From: Candidatus Woesearchaeota archaeon
GTDB taxonomy: Archaea; Nanobdellota; Nanobdellia; Pacearchaeales; GW2011-AR1
DNA: 64,000 bases
Direction of reading: 5' to 3'
Assembly (NCBI GenBank): GCA_964516745.1
Contig: CAZEYD010000003.1
Span: 2,607-66,606, forward strand
Positions 48,201-54,778 of this stretch are shown piece by piece (position 1 is the first letter of the stretch; each line of letters starts with the position of its first letter). Under the pieces are notes generated by a model, which was not told the origin of the DNA, made no database searches, and saw only the letters and a program-made list of their open reading frames with translations. The position numbers were made by a program, and so were the translations under genes.

Positions 48201-51200
48201 GATCCACTGACAAATCTGCAGTATCAAATTCTCCATTAAAATAAAAAACTATTTTTTCGGTTGTTCCATTGTCAAATACTTCTCTTATAATTGTCACATA
48301 GACCCATTCATTTGCTAAAAAGTTTGAACTAGTACTGTCAAAATATTCATAGGCTGAATCATTCCCATGATAATAAACGATACGGCCTGTTCCTACATTT
48401 TTAATTGAGAACTCATTTCCATAATGTTTATGTAATACACTTTGATCAATACTCTCTACTTGGAATGGATACATCCAAAACGAAATTGTCATATCACCTA
48501 TTAATTGTAAATCAGGATCATTAGATACGGTTATGTAATCGCTTTCACCTGAAAGATTTAACGCCCCACCGAAAACTCCATCTGAAGACCATGAAGAGCC
48601 AGTATTTGTTGCAGCATCATTATTTCCCGACCAATCAGAATAATCTGATGAATTATCAAAGCTCATTCCTAATTTTAAATCAGTAGTATTATATGAAACA
48701 AATAAGTTATCACAATTAGTTTTTGTACAAGTATAATTTGTGGAATTCCAATTAAATGTTAAATTCGCGAAATTTGTTTCTGTTATTGTGAAATTGAAAT
48801 CATAAGAGGTGTTGATTGAAGTTGTATCGTTTGGTGGTGTTGGGGAATTTACGGAGATTACAGGAAATATTGTGTCTACATAAAATGAAACTGAATCACT
48901 TCCTTCATCTCCGTTGGTATTATTACAGTATACTGCCCAGACATTTGAACCTTGAGCTGCTGTTTGAGAAGACCAATTTGTTCCAGCAGAAACAGGTGCA
49001 GAGTTTACAGAACCATTGAAATACCAACATTTATCTAAAGTTCCAGAAGCTGAAGCTGTATAATTTATGTCTAAAGTATTTGTGGTATAATTTGTTGAAG
49101 TTGGAGATGAAATTGTAAGATTTACAGAAGAAGCTGAAGCGACCTTAAATGTTGCAATTGAAGCATATGCTTGATCTGAAGTTTGACTAGACCAGTCGGC
49201 TGTTGTTTCTAAAGTTCCTATTGAGCCTAAATTTTTATAGGCAATACCTAAACCAGGTTCACCACCACTACCAGGATTAATATATTGTAATTCTGTAAAA
49301 TCATTAGACCAACTCCTACTAGATCCTCCAGCATTATCTGAAGAATCTAATGCAAACATTGCAATTGCTAATTCATCATCTTGAGTAGTTGAAGAAGTTG
49401 TTCCTGTTGAAATATAATAGACAGCAACACCATCTTCAGCATTTTCGGTTGATACATCTAATACTGAACTTGACTCTAATCCTGAAAATTCACCAACCCA
49501 ACAAGCAGCAGCTTTATCACTACCCTGTGTCCAAGTAATTGTTGTTTCTCCTCCTGTTGAAACTTTGTAAGCCATTGCACCTGAAACACTTGAGCCAGCA
49601 TAATCATCAATTAGTGTAAAACCTGAAGGAATTGTATAACTTCCTACACCTTTATCACTCCCAATTGCAGTTACAATTAAATTTCCAGGGGATGCACCTG
49701 AAGATAAAGTACAGTTTAAAACAGTCTGTGCAATAGTATGATAATTTGTAATTTCTTGAATTTTTGTTGCTTTTGTTGAAGTATCTACAGTAAAAACTAC
49801 AATATCACTATTAATATTACTCTCTGTATCATTACAATATACTGTCCAGTTATTTGAGTCTTCATTTGCTGTAAGTGAAGTCCAATTTGTTCCAGCAGAA
49901 ACAGGTGAAGAATTTGTTACACCATTATTGTACCAACATTTATCTAAAGTTCCGGTTGCTGAAGCTGTATAATTTAAATCAAAGGTAGTGTAATTATATG
50001 TTGAAGATGTTGGAGAATCAATATTTACAGATACTGGTCCGATAGCTGTAAGTTTAAATGTTGCAAGAATTGCATAGGTTTGATCAGATCCTGTCCAACT
50101 TGCAGTTGTTTCAACTGTTCCGACTGAAATTAAATCTTTATATGCAATAGCTAAACCAGGATTACCATTATAAGTAAAATCTATTTCTGTAAAATCATTT
50201 GACCAAGCTCTATCAGCAGTATTAGAATAGGTATCTACTCCAAACATTGCAATTGCTAATTCATTTGCTTGTGAAGTTACAGAAGTTGTTCCTGTTGAAA
50301 TTGAAGATACACCTGAACTATCTTCGATTCCTTCTGATGAAACATCAAATACCCCAGAAGTTTCTAATCCTGAATATTCTCCTACCCAACAAACTGTATC
50401 TTGTGTTGTACTTCCTTGAGTCCAGGTGATTGCTGTTTCGCCACCTGTTGAAACTTTGTAAGCCATTGCACCTGAAACACTTGCTCCAGCATAATCTTCA
50501 ATTAAGGTAAATCCTGTTGGAACTGTATAATTGATAGAATCTTTATCAGTTGCAATTGCTGTCACAATTAAGTTTCCGAATGTTGCACTAGAACTTAATG
50601 TACATGCAATTGCAGCACCATTATCAGTATTTGATGTATCTTGTACTAATTCTGCTTTTACAGAAGTATCAACTGTAAAAGTTACCAGATCACTTTCTAT
50701 ATCATTAGAAGTATCATTACAGTATACTGTCCAATTATTTTCCCCTTCATTCGCTGTAAGTGATGTCCAGTTTGTTCCAACGGAAACAACAGAAGAGTTA
50801 GTTGTTCCATTGCTATACCAACATTTGTCTAATGTACCACTTTCAGCAGCTGTATAAGTTAAGTTAAAAGTTGTATAGTTAAAAATAGAAGCTGTTGGTG
50901 AAAGAATATTAATTCTTGCAGGTACAGGTATTAATTCAACTCCTATCTGAACCCATGTATCACTAAATCCACTCCAACCCATTCTTACGGTTCCATCATT
51001 ATCATATCCATCTGCTATTGCTGCTGTTGTAGAACCTTCATCAGAATATCCTCTTTGCGTAGCATCATCTCCAGATATTGAAATTGAAGCACCTGGATCA
51101 CGATCTAAACCAAAAACATTTACTACCCAATTATCTGCTGAAGAAGAATTTACATCCAAACTAGAAGAAGAACCATAATCACCTCCAACAGATGTTGCAG

Positions 51201-53049
51201 AACTTAAATTTAAAGAATCGACTCCGTAATAAACTGCTGATACACCTGCTGCTTCTTCAGCACTGTCTGCTGTAAAAGTTACAAGAACTTCATAAGCAGC
51301 ACCACAATCTGGATCACTTAGATTCCACATCTCAGCAGATACATCTGGAAGTGCATCTTCATCTCTTTGTACTAGTGTTAAAGAATCACCATTGTAAGTT
51401 ATAGCGTCTACGGTTACAGTCGGTTCACTATCAATTGAAATTCCAACGATTAATACCATATCGTTTCCACAAGTTATATCATGATCCCAAGACATTTCAG
51501 TATCCCATAAATCAGGAGTTGAACCTGTTGCAACAGTATCGTCAAAAGTTATTGGATCAATAATTAAATCAAACTCTACTGGCGCACCAATTATTCTTAG
51601 ATCAAAAGAATCTTGTTCTCCTACTAAATTATCAAGGTATACCTTGTATTGTTTGAATTCTGAAATATTTTCAATTGTTTGAATTATTGTGTTTCCGTCT
51701 TTTTCATAAATTTCTATTGAAGCTGTTTGGTTGCTTCTTGCGTATACTGTAATATCTCGAGTTGAATCTAATAAACTTTCAAATTGAACTGTTACAAATT
51801 CATTTGATTGAATCACTGGGGAGAATGTCCCATCAAGAGTTGAAACTTGGTCGTAGATGTCAGCTAGAAAGTTTTTGTTTTCGTCTAAGTGTTCTGCAGA
51901 AGAAATCTCAACTATTAATTCATAGTTTTGATCTAACAAATTTGGAACGATCCATTCAATATAATCAACCAATCCATTGTTATCAAGATCGTAAGAGATT
52001 ATTTCTGTAGAAACTCTTTCATTGTTTTTTTTATGATAAAGTTTTATTTGTGATTCTTTTACTTGTTTTTCTAGAGTTGTGTAGGCTAAGATGTTTTCAT
52101 AATTCAATTCCTCTGGTGCAAAAACTCGGATATTCTTTTGTTTATTAGAAACTTTTTCTTCATGACTTTGTGGTGCTTGTGTATAATATTCTATAACCAC
52201 TTCAACTTCTTCAGTTGTTTCAATTTCTATTATTTCTGTTAAATCAATTTCTTTTTTGTTTTGTTTTCCTTTTTTGTTTTGGTTTTCTTTTAGTTTCCCT
52301 GATTGTTTTAATGTTGACTCATCGATTACTTGACCAGTCATTGTTAAAGATTGGAAAAATGAGGTTATTTTTTTTATGAACCCTAATGAAAATGTTCTAT
52401 TTGAAACGACGTGACCTGTTATTTTCATTGTTTTGATTTTTTTTCTTTCTTCTTTTTTGACCTTTTTGTTATAATCTTCAAATTCTTTTTCTAGTTTCTT
52501 GGCTTGTTTTCCTGTTGAAATAGAAATATTTGTTGAATCTATTGGGATTTCTGTTGTAATATCTAAAGTTTCAGATTTATTTATTTTTATTATTTTAAGC
52601 CATTTTACTGGTTGATTGATTACAATTGTTGACTGTTTTAGAGTTTCATCGACGGTCGAAGATTCTGAAGCTAATATAACAAGGGAACTATTAGATAGAG
52701 TTATGTTGGACAATTGCACTTCTTTAAGGATTGATACGTTTGATTCCGGGAGTGACGCAGTAGAGGAACTATTTGATATATCCATATTGGTTAATTGCGT
52801 TTCTTTAGAGATTGATATGTTTGATTCTTGGAGTGACGCAATGGAGGAACTATTAGATATATTTATGTTGGATAATTGCGTTTCTTTAGAGATTGATATG
52901 TTTGATTCTAGGGAATCATTTGCTATGCTATATCCAGTTATTGAAGAGAATAAAAGGAAGGTTACGGAAGAATATATAATGAACATTATCAAAACTGATA
53001 TTATCGAAAAGATTATAATAGCCTTATTATTTCGCGCTCTTTTTTTCAT
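39274..53049 (-). CDS. Giant (4591 aa) cell-surface protein: N-terminal TM/signal, Ig-like modules, two LamG/ConA-like domains, three parallel beta-helix (PbH1) super-modules
   Basis: It is a single uninterrupted 13.8-kb ORF. It has LamG-like blocks (...WSGNNDAATNTG..GGALNLSG...LDELLIYNRSLS and ...WSGYDQT...GGARVF...LDEIIFYNEALN). It has long runs of 22-24-aa beta-helix coils (NNTFSSFNISxxxxDGIYLDSS) and abundant N-x-S/T sequons and Cys pairs. Confidence 0.8.
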   Translation of the reverse strand: MKKRARNNKAIIIFSIISVLIMFIIYSSVTFLLFSSITGYSIANDSLESNISISKETQLSNINISNSSSIASLQESNISISKETQLTNMDISNSSSTASLPESNVSILKEVQLSNITLSNSSLVILASESSTVDETLKQSTIVINQPVKWLKIIKINKSETLDITTEIPIDSTNISISTGKQAKKLEKEFEDYNKKVKKEERKKIKTMKITGHVVSNRTFSLGFIKKITSFFQSLTMTGQVIDESTLKQSGKLKENQNKKGKQNKKEIDLTEIIEIETTEEVEVVIEYYTQAPQSHEEKVSNKQKNIRVFAPEELNYENILAYTTLEKQVKESQIKLYHKKNNERVSTEIISYDLDNNGLVDYIEWIVPNLLDQNYELIVEISSAEHLDENKNFLADIYDQVSTLDGTFSPVIQSNEFVTVQFESLLDSTRDITVYARSNQTASIEIYEKDGNTIIQTIENISEFKQYKVYLDNLVGEQDSFDLRIIGAPVEFDLIIDPITFDDTVATGSTPDLWDTEMSWDHDITCGNDMVLIVGISIDSEPTVTVDAITYNGDSLTLVQRDEDALPDVSAEMWNLSDPDCGAAYEVLVTFTADSAEEAAGVSAVYYGVDSLNLSSATSVGGDYGSSSSLDVNSSSADNWVVNVFGLDRDPGASISISGDDATQRGYSDEGSTTAAIADGYDNDGTVRMGWSGFSDTWVQIGVELIPVPARINILSPTASIFNYTTFNLTYTAAESGTLDKCWYSNGTTNSSVVSVGTNWTSLTANEGENNWTVYCNDTSNDIESDLVTFTVDTSVKAELVQDTSNTDNGAAIACTLSSSATFGNLIVTAIATDKDSINYTVPTGFTLIEDYAGASVSGAMAYKVSTGGETAITWTQGSTTQDTVCWVGEYSGLETSGVFDVSSEGIEDSSGVSSISTGTTSVTSQANELAIAMFGVDTYSNTADRAWSNDFTEIDFTYNGNPGLAIAYKDLISVGTVETTASWTGSDQTYAILATFKLTAIGPVSVNIDSPTSSTYNYTTFDLNYTASATGTLDKCWYNNGVTNSSPVSAGTNWTSLTANEDSNNWTVYCNDTESNINSDIVVFTVDTSTKATKIQEITNYHTIAQTVLNCTLSSGASPGNLIVTAIGSDKGVGSYTIPSGFTLIDDYAGSSVSGAMAYKVSTGGETTITWTQGSDKAAACWVGEFSGLESSSVLDVSTENAEDGVAVYYISTGTTSSTTQDDELAIAMFALDSSDNAGGSSRSWSNDFTELQYINPGSGGEPGLGIAYKNLGSIGTLETTADWSSQTSDQAYASIATFKVASASSVNLTISSPTSTNYTTNTLDINYTASASGTLDKCWYFNGSVNSAPVSAGTNWSSQTAAQGSNVWAVYCNNTNGDEGSDSVSFYVDTIFPVISVNSPTPPNDTTSINTSYDFNFTITETNFANLTFNWNSTNYTCTKTNCDNLFVSYNTTDLKLGMSFDNSSDYSDWSGNNDAATNTGSSWSSDGVFGGALNLSGESDYITVSNDPDLQLIGDMTISFWMYPFQVESIDQSVLHKHYGNEFSIKNVGTGRIVYYHGNDSAYEYFDSTSSNFLANEWVYVTIIREVFDNGTTEKIVFYFNGEFDTADLSVDHQIPVASTNDLIIGDGYADNFDGYLDELLIYNRSLSQSEITELYEKGLNQVNSITYNLAFPFTGLSIYDYQYELFAVDDFDNQDSTGTRTLNVVECTETADCTGIDTCSDNECVGSTPPTITISDYSGYTNESVSVGFTVADEGTGIDTVWINDTTNFEISGSTIINKTVLSVGTYWLNISANDSVGEITSEIFYVQINLLPGQITSCQTLNTANKEYTLINNVSSTTTCFTITADNVTLDCQGYKINYSTGGTTSYGVLSNGYNGLIIQNCLIYEGEEDTVDKNAIYLLNSKDHSIFNNILITGKGQGIKYSSINNSNITQNMINSSNAWGLGIYFITSENNSVTYNNITTTGSDASGFYLSDSSLNDLSYNFINTSGSDALGFYFITSENNSATYNNITTSGSDASGFYLSDSLLSDISYNTIEINGGSSHGVSLGGVSINNNITFNQIVTQGLDWTQGILTDDSSSNNLIYQNNITTNCTGGNSYGVYIATDNNNITSNNITTLENYGDGIYIDSGDNNSFTYNNITTDGSWAEAFELEGSESNDISYNTIETNGGGGHGISLGTASINNNLTHNQIVTQGLDWAYGIELGDDANDGSINNFIYQNNITTDSTGGYSYGIVISTNNNNISSNNVTTLKAEAHGIYIDEANNTILINNLIYTSGADSEGVYIKEGFSTLQITNTTINSSDSGAYDFYIKSSVIDGEWNLTNVTQIDGSDISVYYDASASGTLNKHWYLSAYINDTNSNDLEDANVTIRDESDSILKTELTNSLGKITSMAVLGSIQNETNTYYKDYNITATKNGYSSETDLFNVTNNLEKNLELTEGAVGLTSCQTLDSVNTEYILLNNVSSAETCFTITADNVTLDCQGYKINYSGGYGVSSDGYDNLIIKNCLIYEYEEEVYDEFAIYLSESNNSLVKNNSLVTGHGPAMYYSVVTNTNITDNIIHSSDTWGVGMYIMYSDENYIAYNNITTTSSSSMGIYTYDSSLNNITYNNITTTSSSSDGIYLDVSFLNDLSYNNITTIGGSSGGLYLDDSPNNTFSFFNIFDTGGNGLELQNSLNNTFSVFNFSNIGWKGLYLGDSSNNIFSSFYIFDTVSNSFYLGNSSDNTFSSFDISFSAYKGLDIDIFSSNNTFSLFNISNIVEDGIKLDNHSSDNTFSFFNIFNVSSSGILLEDSSDNNTFSHFNISDAYYSFYLYSSGNNNLSFFDISDITDDGFYFVSSDNNTLSSFNISEVNNDAFEISASNNNIFFDFNISDSAFGPYLLDESSNNNFSSFNIFRIDGVCFDITNSSNNTFSSFNISDGGNNGLYLGDSSSNNTFSSFNISDVDEDGLYLDLSEENNFSYFNISNAGESGIQLQGSSDNNIFSDFNISNIYYEGIYLDSSNNNTFSSFNISSISDDGIQLDSSDNNTFSSFNISDIDYEGIYLEYSGNNTFSSFNISSIGDDGVQLDYSENNNFSSFNISDTGHHGIYSESSSDNTFSFSNISNVDNYGFYLAQSDDNILSSFNISNTGDDGIYFTSSDNNILSSFNISNTGDDGIYFTSSDNNILSSFKIYNASVDGFYLSSSNNNTFSSFNISFNGDDGFELSSSDNNTFSYFNIFDGAYGPYFLDASSNNILSYFNIFNITNEGMWFDEAYNNTLSHFNISDIDNYAIAIDDNSTFSMFNFTLDAVGGAYDFYTSATAESSIWNLTNVTQADGSDISVDYNPSMTGSVLNKHWYLLAYINDTSSNDLENANVTIRNDADEILKTELTSSLGKITSMIVLGSTQNETDIYYKDYNITATKTDYETSSEIFNVTNNLEKNLELTPGAINLTSCQTLDTANQEYLLTQNVSSTETCFNITADNVTLDCQGYKINYSTDGTTGYGVFSNGYDNLTIKNCLINEGSSSGNDNHGFKLENVDSSLIYNNTISTFNADADGMYIADSDYNNFSNNNILANDDGNSISNSDHNTFSYNNISSTYGYYISSTSTNNSIIYNNVSTSADAIYLEDITNNDISYNNINTSGSGEAIVFSNSPSNNATNNNIHTSTSSYAYGIILNSNDHNCVIFNNNITTHGSYGHGIYVLSDENNISNNNILTTQLGSMGILLDDSKNNNFTSNNINITGASSNGYILYNSDNNRIINDKIYTSNDYSRGLYVYSGSSNLTMYNSTLNALGTADFEVLIESLASNGEWNLTNVTKADGSDISLYYNPSATGTLNKHWYLSAYINDTNSNDLENANVTIRDESDSILKTELTNSLGKITSMTVLGSIQNETDVYYKDYNITATKDGYSSETDVFNVTNNLEKNLELSVYSPFTIEFVEPTPENDSKTMNTTIIFNTTITNLNLMNATFNWNGTNYTCTEDYCDSSEIIDKGDERIVLGLSFDNSTDLSDWSGYDQTIINWETEWNTTGKFGGARVFSDDALEISDDTSLNLESFTISMWVYNRDYTYPRGFVTLKKSNTNCGAGVGGNGWAFGAANSDDAILICVNNGTDYVEDYVWLDTGSRPIDIKDTWAHLAYIVNRNTGDVTIFVNGIKQTNSLDISSLTGSIDNSGNIIFGNNWGWKIDGTLDEIIFYNEALNDSEILKDYHTGLNKLSNTSWYFQVEKSNLPVNDYIFQTFAIDNESNTNSTELRTLNVIECIEDSDCESSYVCTDNVCTDITAPIITVSDYSGYNNESVSIAFSSSDGLGVGIDTTWINDTTNFEISGSDIINKTAITEGIYSINLSSNDTVGNIASEIITVTINLSDLENPTVELVSPANEAINLTTNTIIFNYNVTDDNNLDNCSLIINSSIYNTTENPTKDTTLSFTRTLENDFYLWKVTCYDEAGKIATSEERELTVYNIGSYAIYLSPNLSSSITWDVATIPSYNLSAPSNNGESATGYYINISVENGGIDLYIRGDKNLMTADLDVLNITYEKFSYNSTNSTVPDINKFSLTTNYADNKIGENLQNDTAIFLKFFLDVPPAQAVGIYNNSLEIKAIPYGSQI
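41325..47590 (-). repeat. Three large beta-helix super-modules (A ~45715-47590, B ~42775-45715, C ~41325-42775)
   Basis: Each super-module opens with CQTL(N/D)(T/S)(A/V)N(K/T/Q)EY...CF(T/N)ITADNVTLDCQGYKINYS. Each closes with a ~95-aa module (S/T)(V/G)(L/T)LNKHWYL(S/L)AYINDT(N/S)SNDLE.ANVTIR...NLEKNLEL. A sampled 82-nt stretch of the closing module is ~93% identical between copies A and C (76/82 by eye). Confidence 0.7.
43185..45095 (-). repeat. Array of ~27 consecutive 22-24-aa (66-72 nt) beta-helix coil repeats
   Basis: I counted ~27 units of the form NNTFSSFNIS-x5-DG-x-YL-x-SS. Two adjacent 69-nt units (43552-43620 and 43621-43689) are identical at 68/69 positions by my reading. Confidence 0.8.
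48850..50930 (-). repeat. Three tandem ~0.9-kb modules (Ig-like domain with TLDKCWY motif, followed in copies 1-2 by a ~200-aa beta domain)
   Basis: The GTLDKCWY(S/N/F)NG motif recurs at ~50825, ~49935 and ~49030. The flanking text (TNWTSLTANE..NNWTVYCNDT...TFTVDTS, and GFTLI(E/D)DYAG(A/S)SVSGAMAYKVSTGGET) is near-identical between copies. Confidence 0.75.
52666..52908 (-). repeat. Three tandem 81-nt (27-aa) repeats near the N-terminus of the giant protein
   Basis: The three units are ESNISISKETQLSNINISNSSSIASLQ, ESNISISKETQLTNMDISNSSSTASLP and ESNVSILKEVQLSNITLSNSSLVILAS (aa 48-128). Confidence 0.85.
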
Positions 53050-53226
53050 GTATAATTAAGAGAGTTTTAGCTTATAAAATTTTGTTTGTTTGAAGGGCTT
53101 TTAGTGTGTAGAAACGTTGGTTTTTTAGATGTTTTGATTTTTCTCATATTAGAGAAAGATTTTGACTGGAATGTATATATTCTAAAATAATTAATTTTAT
53201 AACTAAGCTTACTATTTCTATACTAG

Positions 53227-54732
53227 ATGGCAATTACAACTGTTATAGGTGCTTTTTTTGGGGATGAAGGGAAGGGTAAACAAATTGCTGCATTTGCCGA
53301 GGAGCTTTCTCGTAATACTGAATCGTTTTTTTCAAAGGTTGCGAATAAAGAGATTATTGGTTATGGTATTAGAGTTAATGGTGGTCCTAATGGCGGTCAT
53401 GCTTTGGTAGAAAATGGAGTTAAGGTTTCTGGGCATGTTGTTCCTTCTACTATATTATATCCTCGTATTTTGAGTATTATCGGTGCTGGTTGTGCTATTA
53501 ATTTAGCTAAACTTGCGAAAGAGATTAATGATTTTAGAGAAAAGGGCTTTTTTAGAGGATCTCTTGTTGTTGACGGTAATGCACAAATTATTATTGAAGC
53601 TTATGAAAAATTAGATGGATTAAGAAATGGAAGAGATTCTACTGGTTCTGGTATTTCTGATGTTTTTGGACACAAGGGTAAAAGGGATGGTATTAGAGCT
53701 AGAGATTTATTGGATCAGAGGAGACTTGCTGAAAAAGTCAACAACCTAATTCCTACACTTTATGCTGAAATGTATGAAATCACTCGAAAGAAATTAGGTG
53801 TAGAACTTGGAGATCCTAGAATTATTGAAGATGAGAACTATTTGAAATTTGTTAGAGATTATTCTATTGAAAATATTATGAATTCATTTAATGAATATCA
53901 AAATCTTTCGCAGCAAATTATCTCTAATGAAATTGCTGATGAGTTAAGAGATGCTGTTCATTTGAACAAACCGATATTGAGTGAAGGATCACAATCATAT
54001 TATTTAGGTATTGATTCTGGTTTAGAAAGAGGATCGTCTAGTGTGATTAACCCTTCTGGAATATTTGTTACACAAGGTATTCCTCAAATGAGACAAAGAA
54101 TTGTTGCTGTGACCAAGGCGTTTTTTAGTAGAGTTGGAAATGGTTATTTTGTTGGTGAATTTGGAGATAGAAGTAAGGCTGTAAAGAAAGGTCCTTTGTT
54201 GATGTCTTTAGGACTTTCCGAAGATGCACCTAGAGAGGAATATTTACAGATGTCTATTGATATGATGAGGTCTGATGATCCTCAAAAGATTGGTGACGGT
54301 TTAAGATTATTTTATGGTGAATTTGGTGAGACGACTAAATTCCCTCGTGGAAAATCGCCTTTTGATTTAGTTGCTATGAGATCTTTGTTTAAACAAATTG
54401 CTAGAGGATCACAAAATGAGATTGAATTACATATTAATCAAATGGATGGTTTAGAACATTTTGATAGGGTTCCTATCATTACTGAATATGCTGCACCTGA
54501 TGGGAAGAGATATAGAACTATTCCTGCGATGAATGATTGGAGACTTAAACAATTAACTCCTATTGTTCAATATTTGCCTTCTTGGGAGAAAAAGCTTGAA
54601 GGAGCATATGAACAATGGCCTAATGCTGCTAAGGATTTTATTAATTTTATAGAAATTGAGAGTGGTTTTAGAGTTGGTGGTATTGGAAATGGTCCTGAGG
54701 CTAAAGATATTATTAAGATTCCTAGAAGATGA
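53227..54732 (+). CDS. Adenylosuccinate synthetase-like protein (divergent, with insertions)
   Basis: It has the P-loop GAFFGDEGKGKQ (canonical GxQWGDEGKGK), GGPNGGHAL (canonical GGNNAGHT), SEGSQSYYLGIDSG (canonical EGAQG..LDiD.G) and KAFFSRVGNGYF (canonical KAYtTRVG.GPF). The canonical TGRxRR IMP/GTP loop appears as TTKFPRGK. Confidence 0.6.
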   Translation: MAITTVIGAFFGDEGKGKQIAAFAEELSRNTESFFSKVANKEIIGYGIRVNGGPNGGHALVENGVKVSGHVVPSTILYPRILSIIGAGCAINLAKLAKEINDFREKGFFRGSLVVDGNAQIIIEAYEKLDGLRNGRDSTGSGISDVFGHKGKRDGIRARDLLDQRRLAEKVNNLIPTLYAEMYEITRKKLGVELGDPRIIEDENYLKFVRDYSIENIMNSFNEYQNLSQQIISNEIADELRDAVHLNKPILSEGSQSYYLGIDSGLERGSSSVINPSGIFVTQGIPQMRQRIVAVTKAFFSRVGNGYFVGEFGDRSKAVKKGPLLMSLGLSEDAPREEYLQMSIDMMRSDDPQKIGDGLRLFYGEFGETTKFPRGKSPFDLVAMRSLFKQIARGSQNEIELHINQMDGLEHFDRVPIITEYAAPDGKRYRTIPAMNDWRLKQLTPIVQYLPSWEKKLEGAYEQWPNAAKDFINFIEIESGFRVGGIGNGPEAKDIIKIPRR

Positions 54733-54778
54733 AGTTTTTGTCGACAACTTTTTAAAGAGATATTGAGGTGACTTTCTT

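Noticed and set aside
39274-53059. Antisense ORFs inside the giant gene (40356-40628, 43218-43715, 44328-44627, 48816-49019, 50247-50429, 50531-50857, 51762-52010, 52616-53059).
   Set aside because: They lie entirely within, and opposite to, a 13.8-kb uninterrupted ORF. Their repetitive, low-complexity translations (Leu/Ile/Phe runs) simply mirror the sense-strand repeats. There is no independent coding signal.
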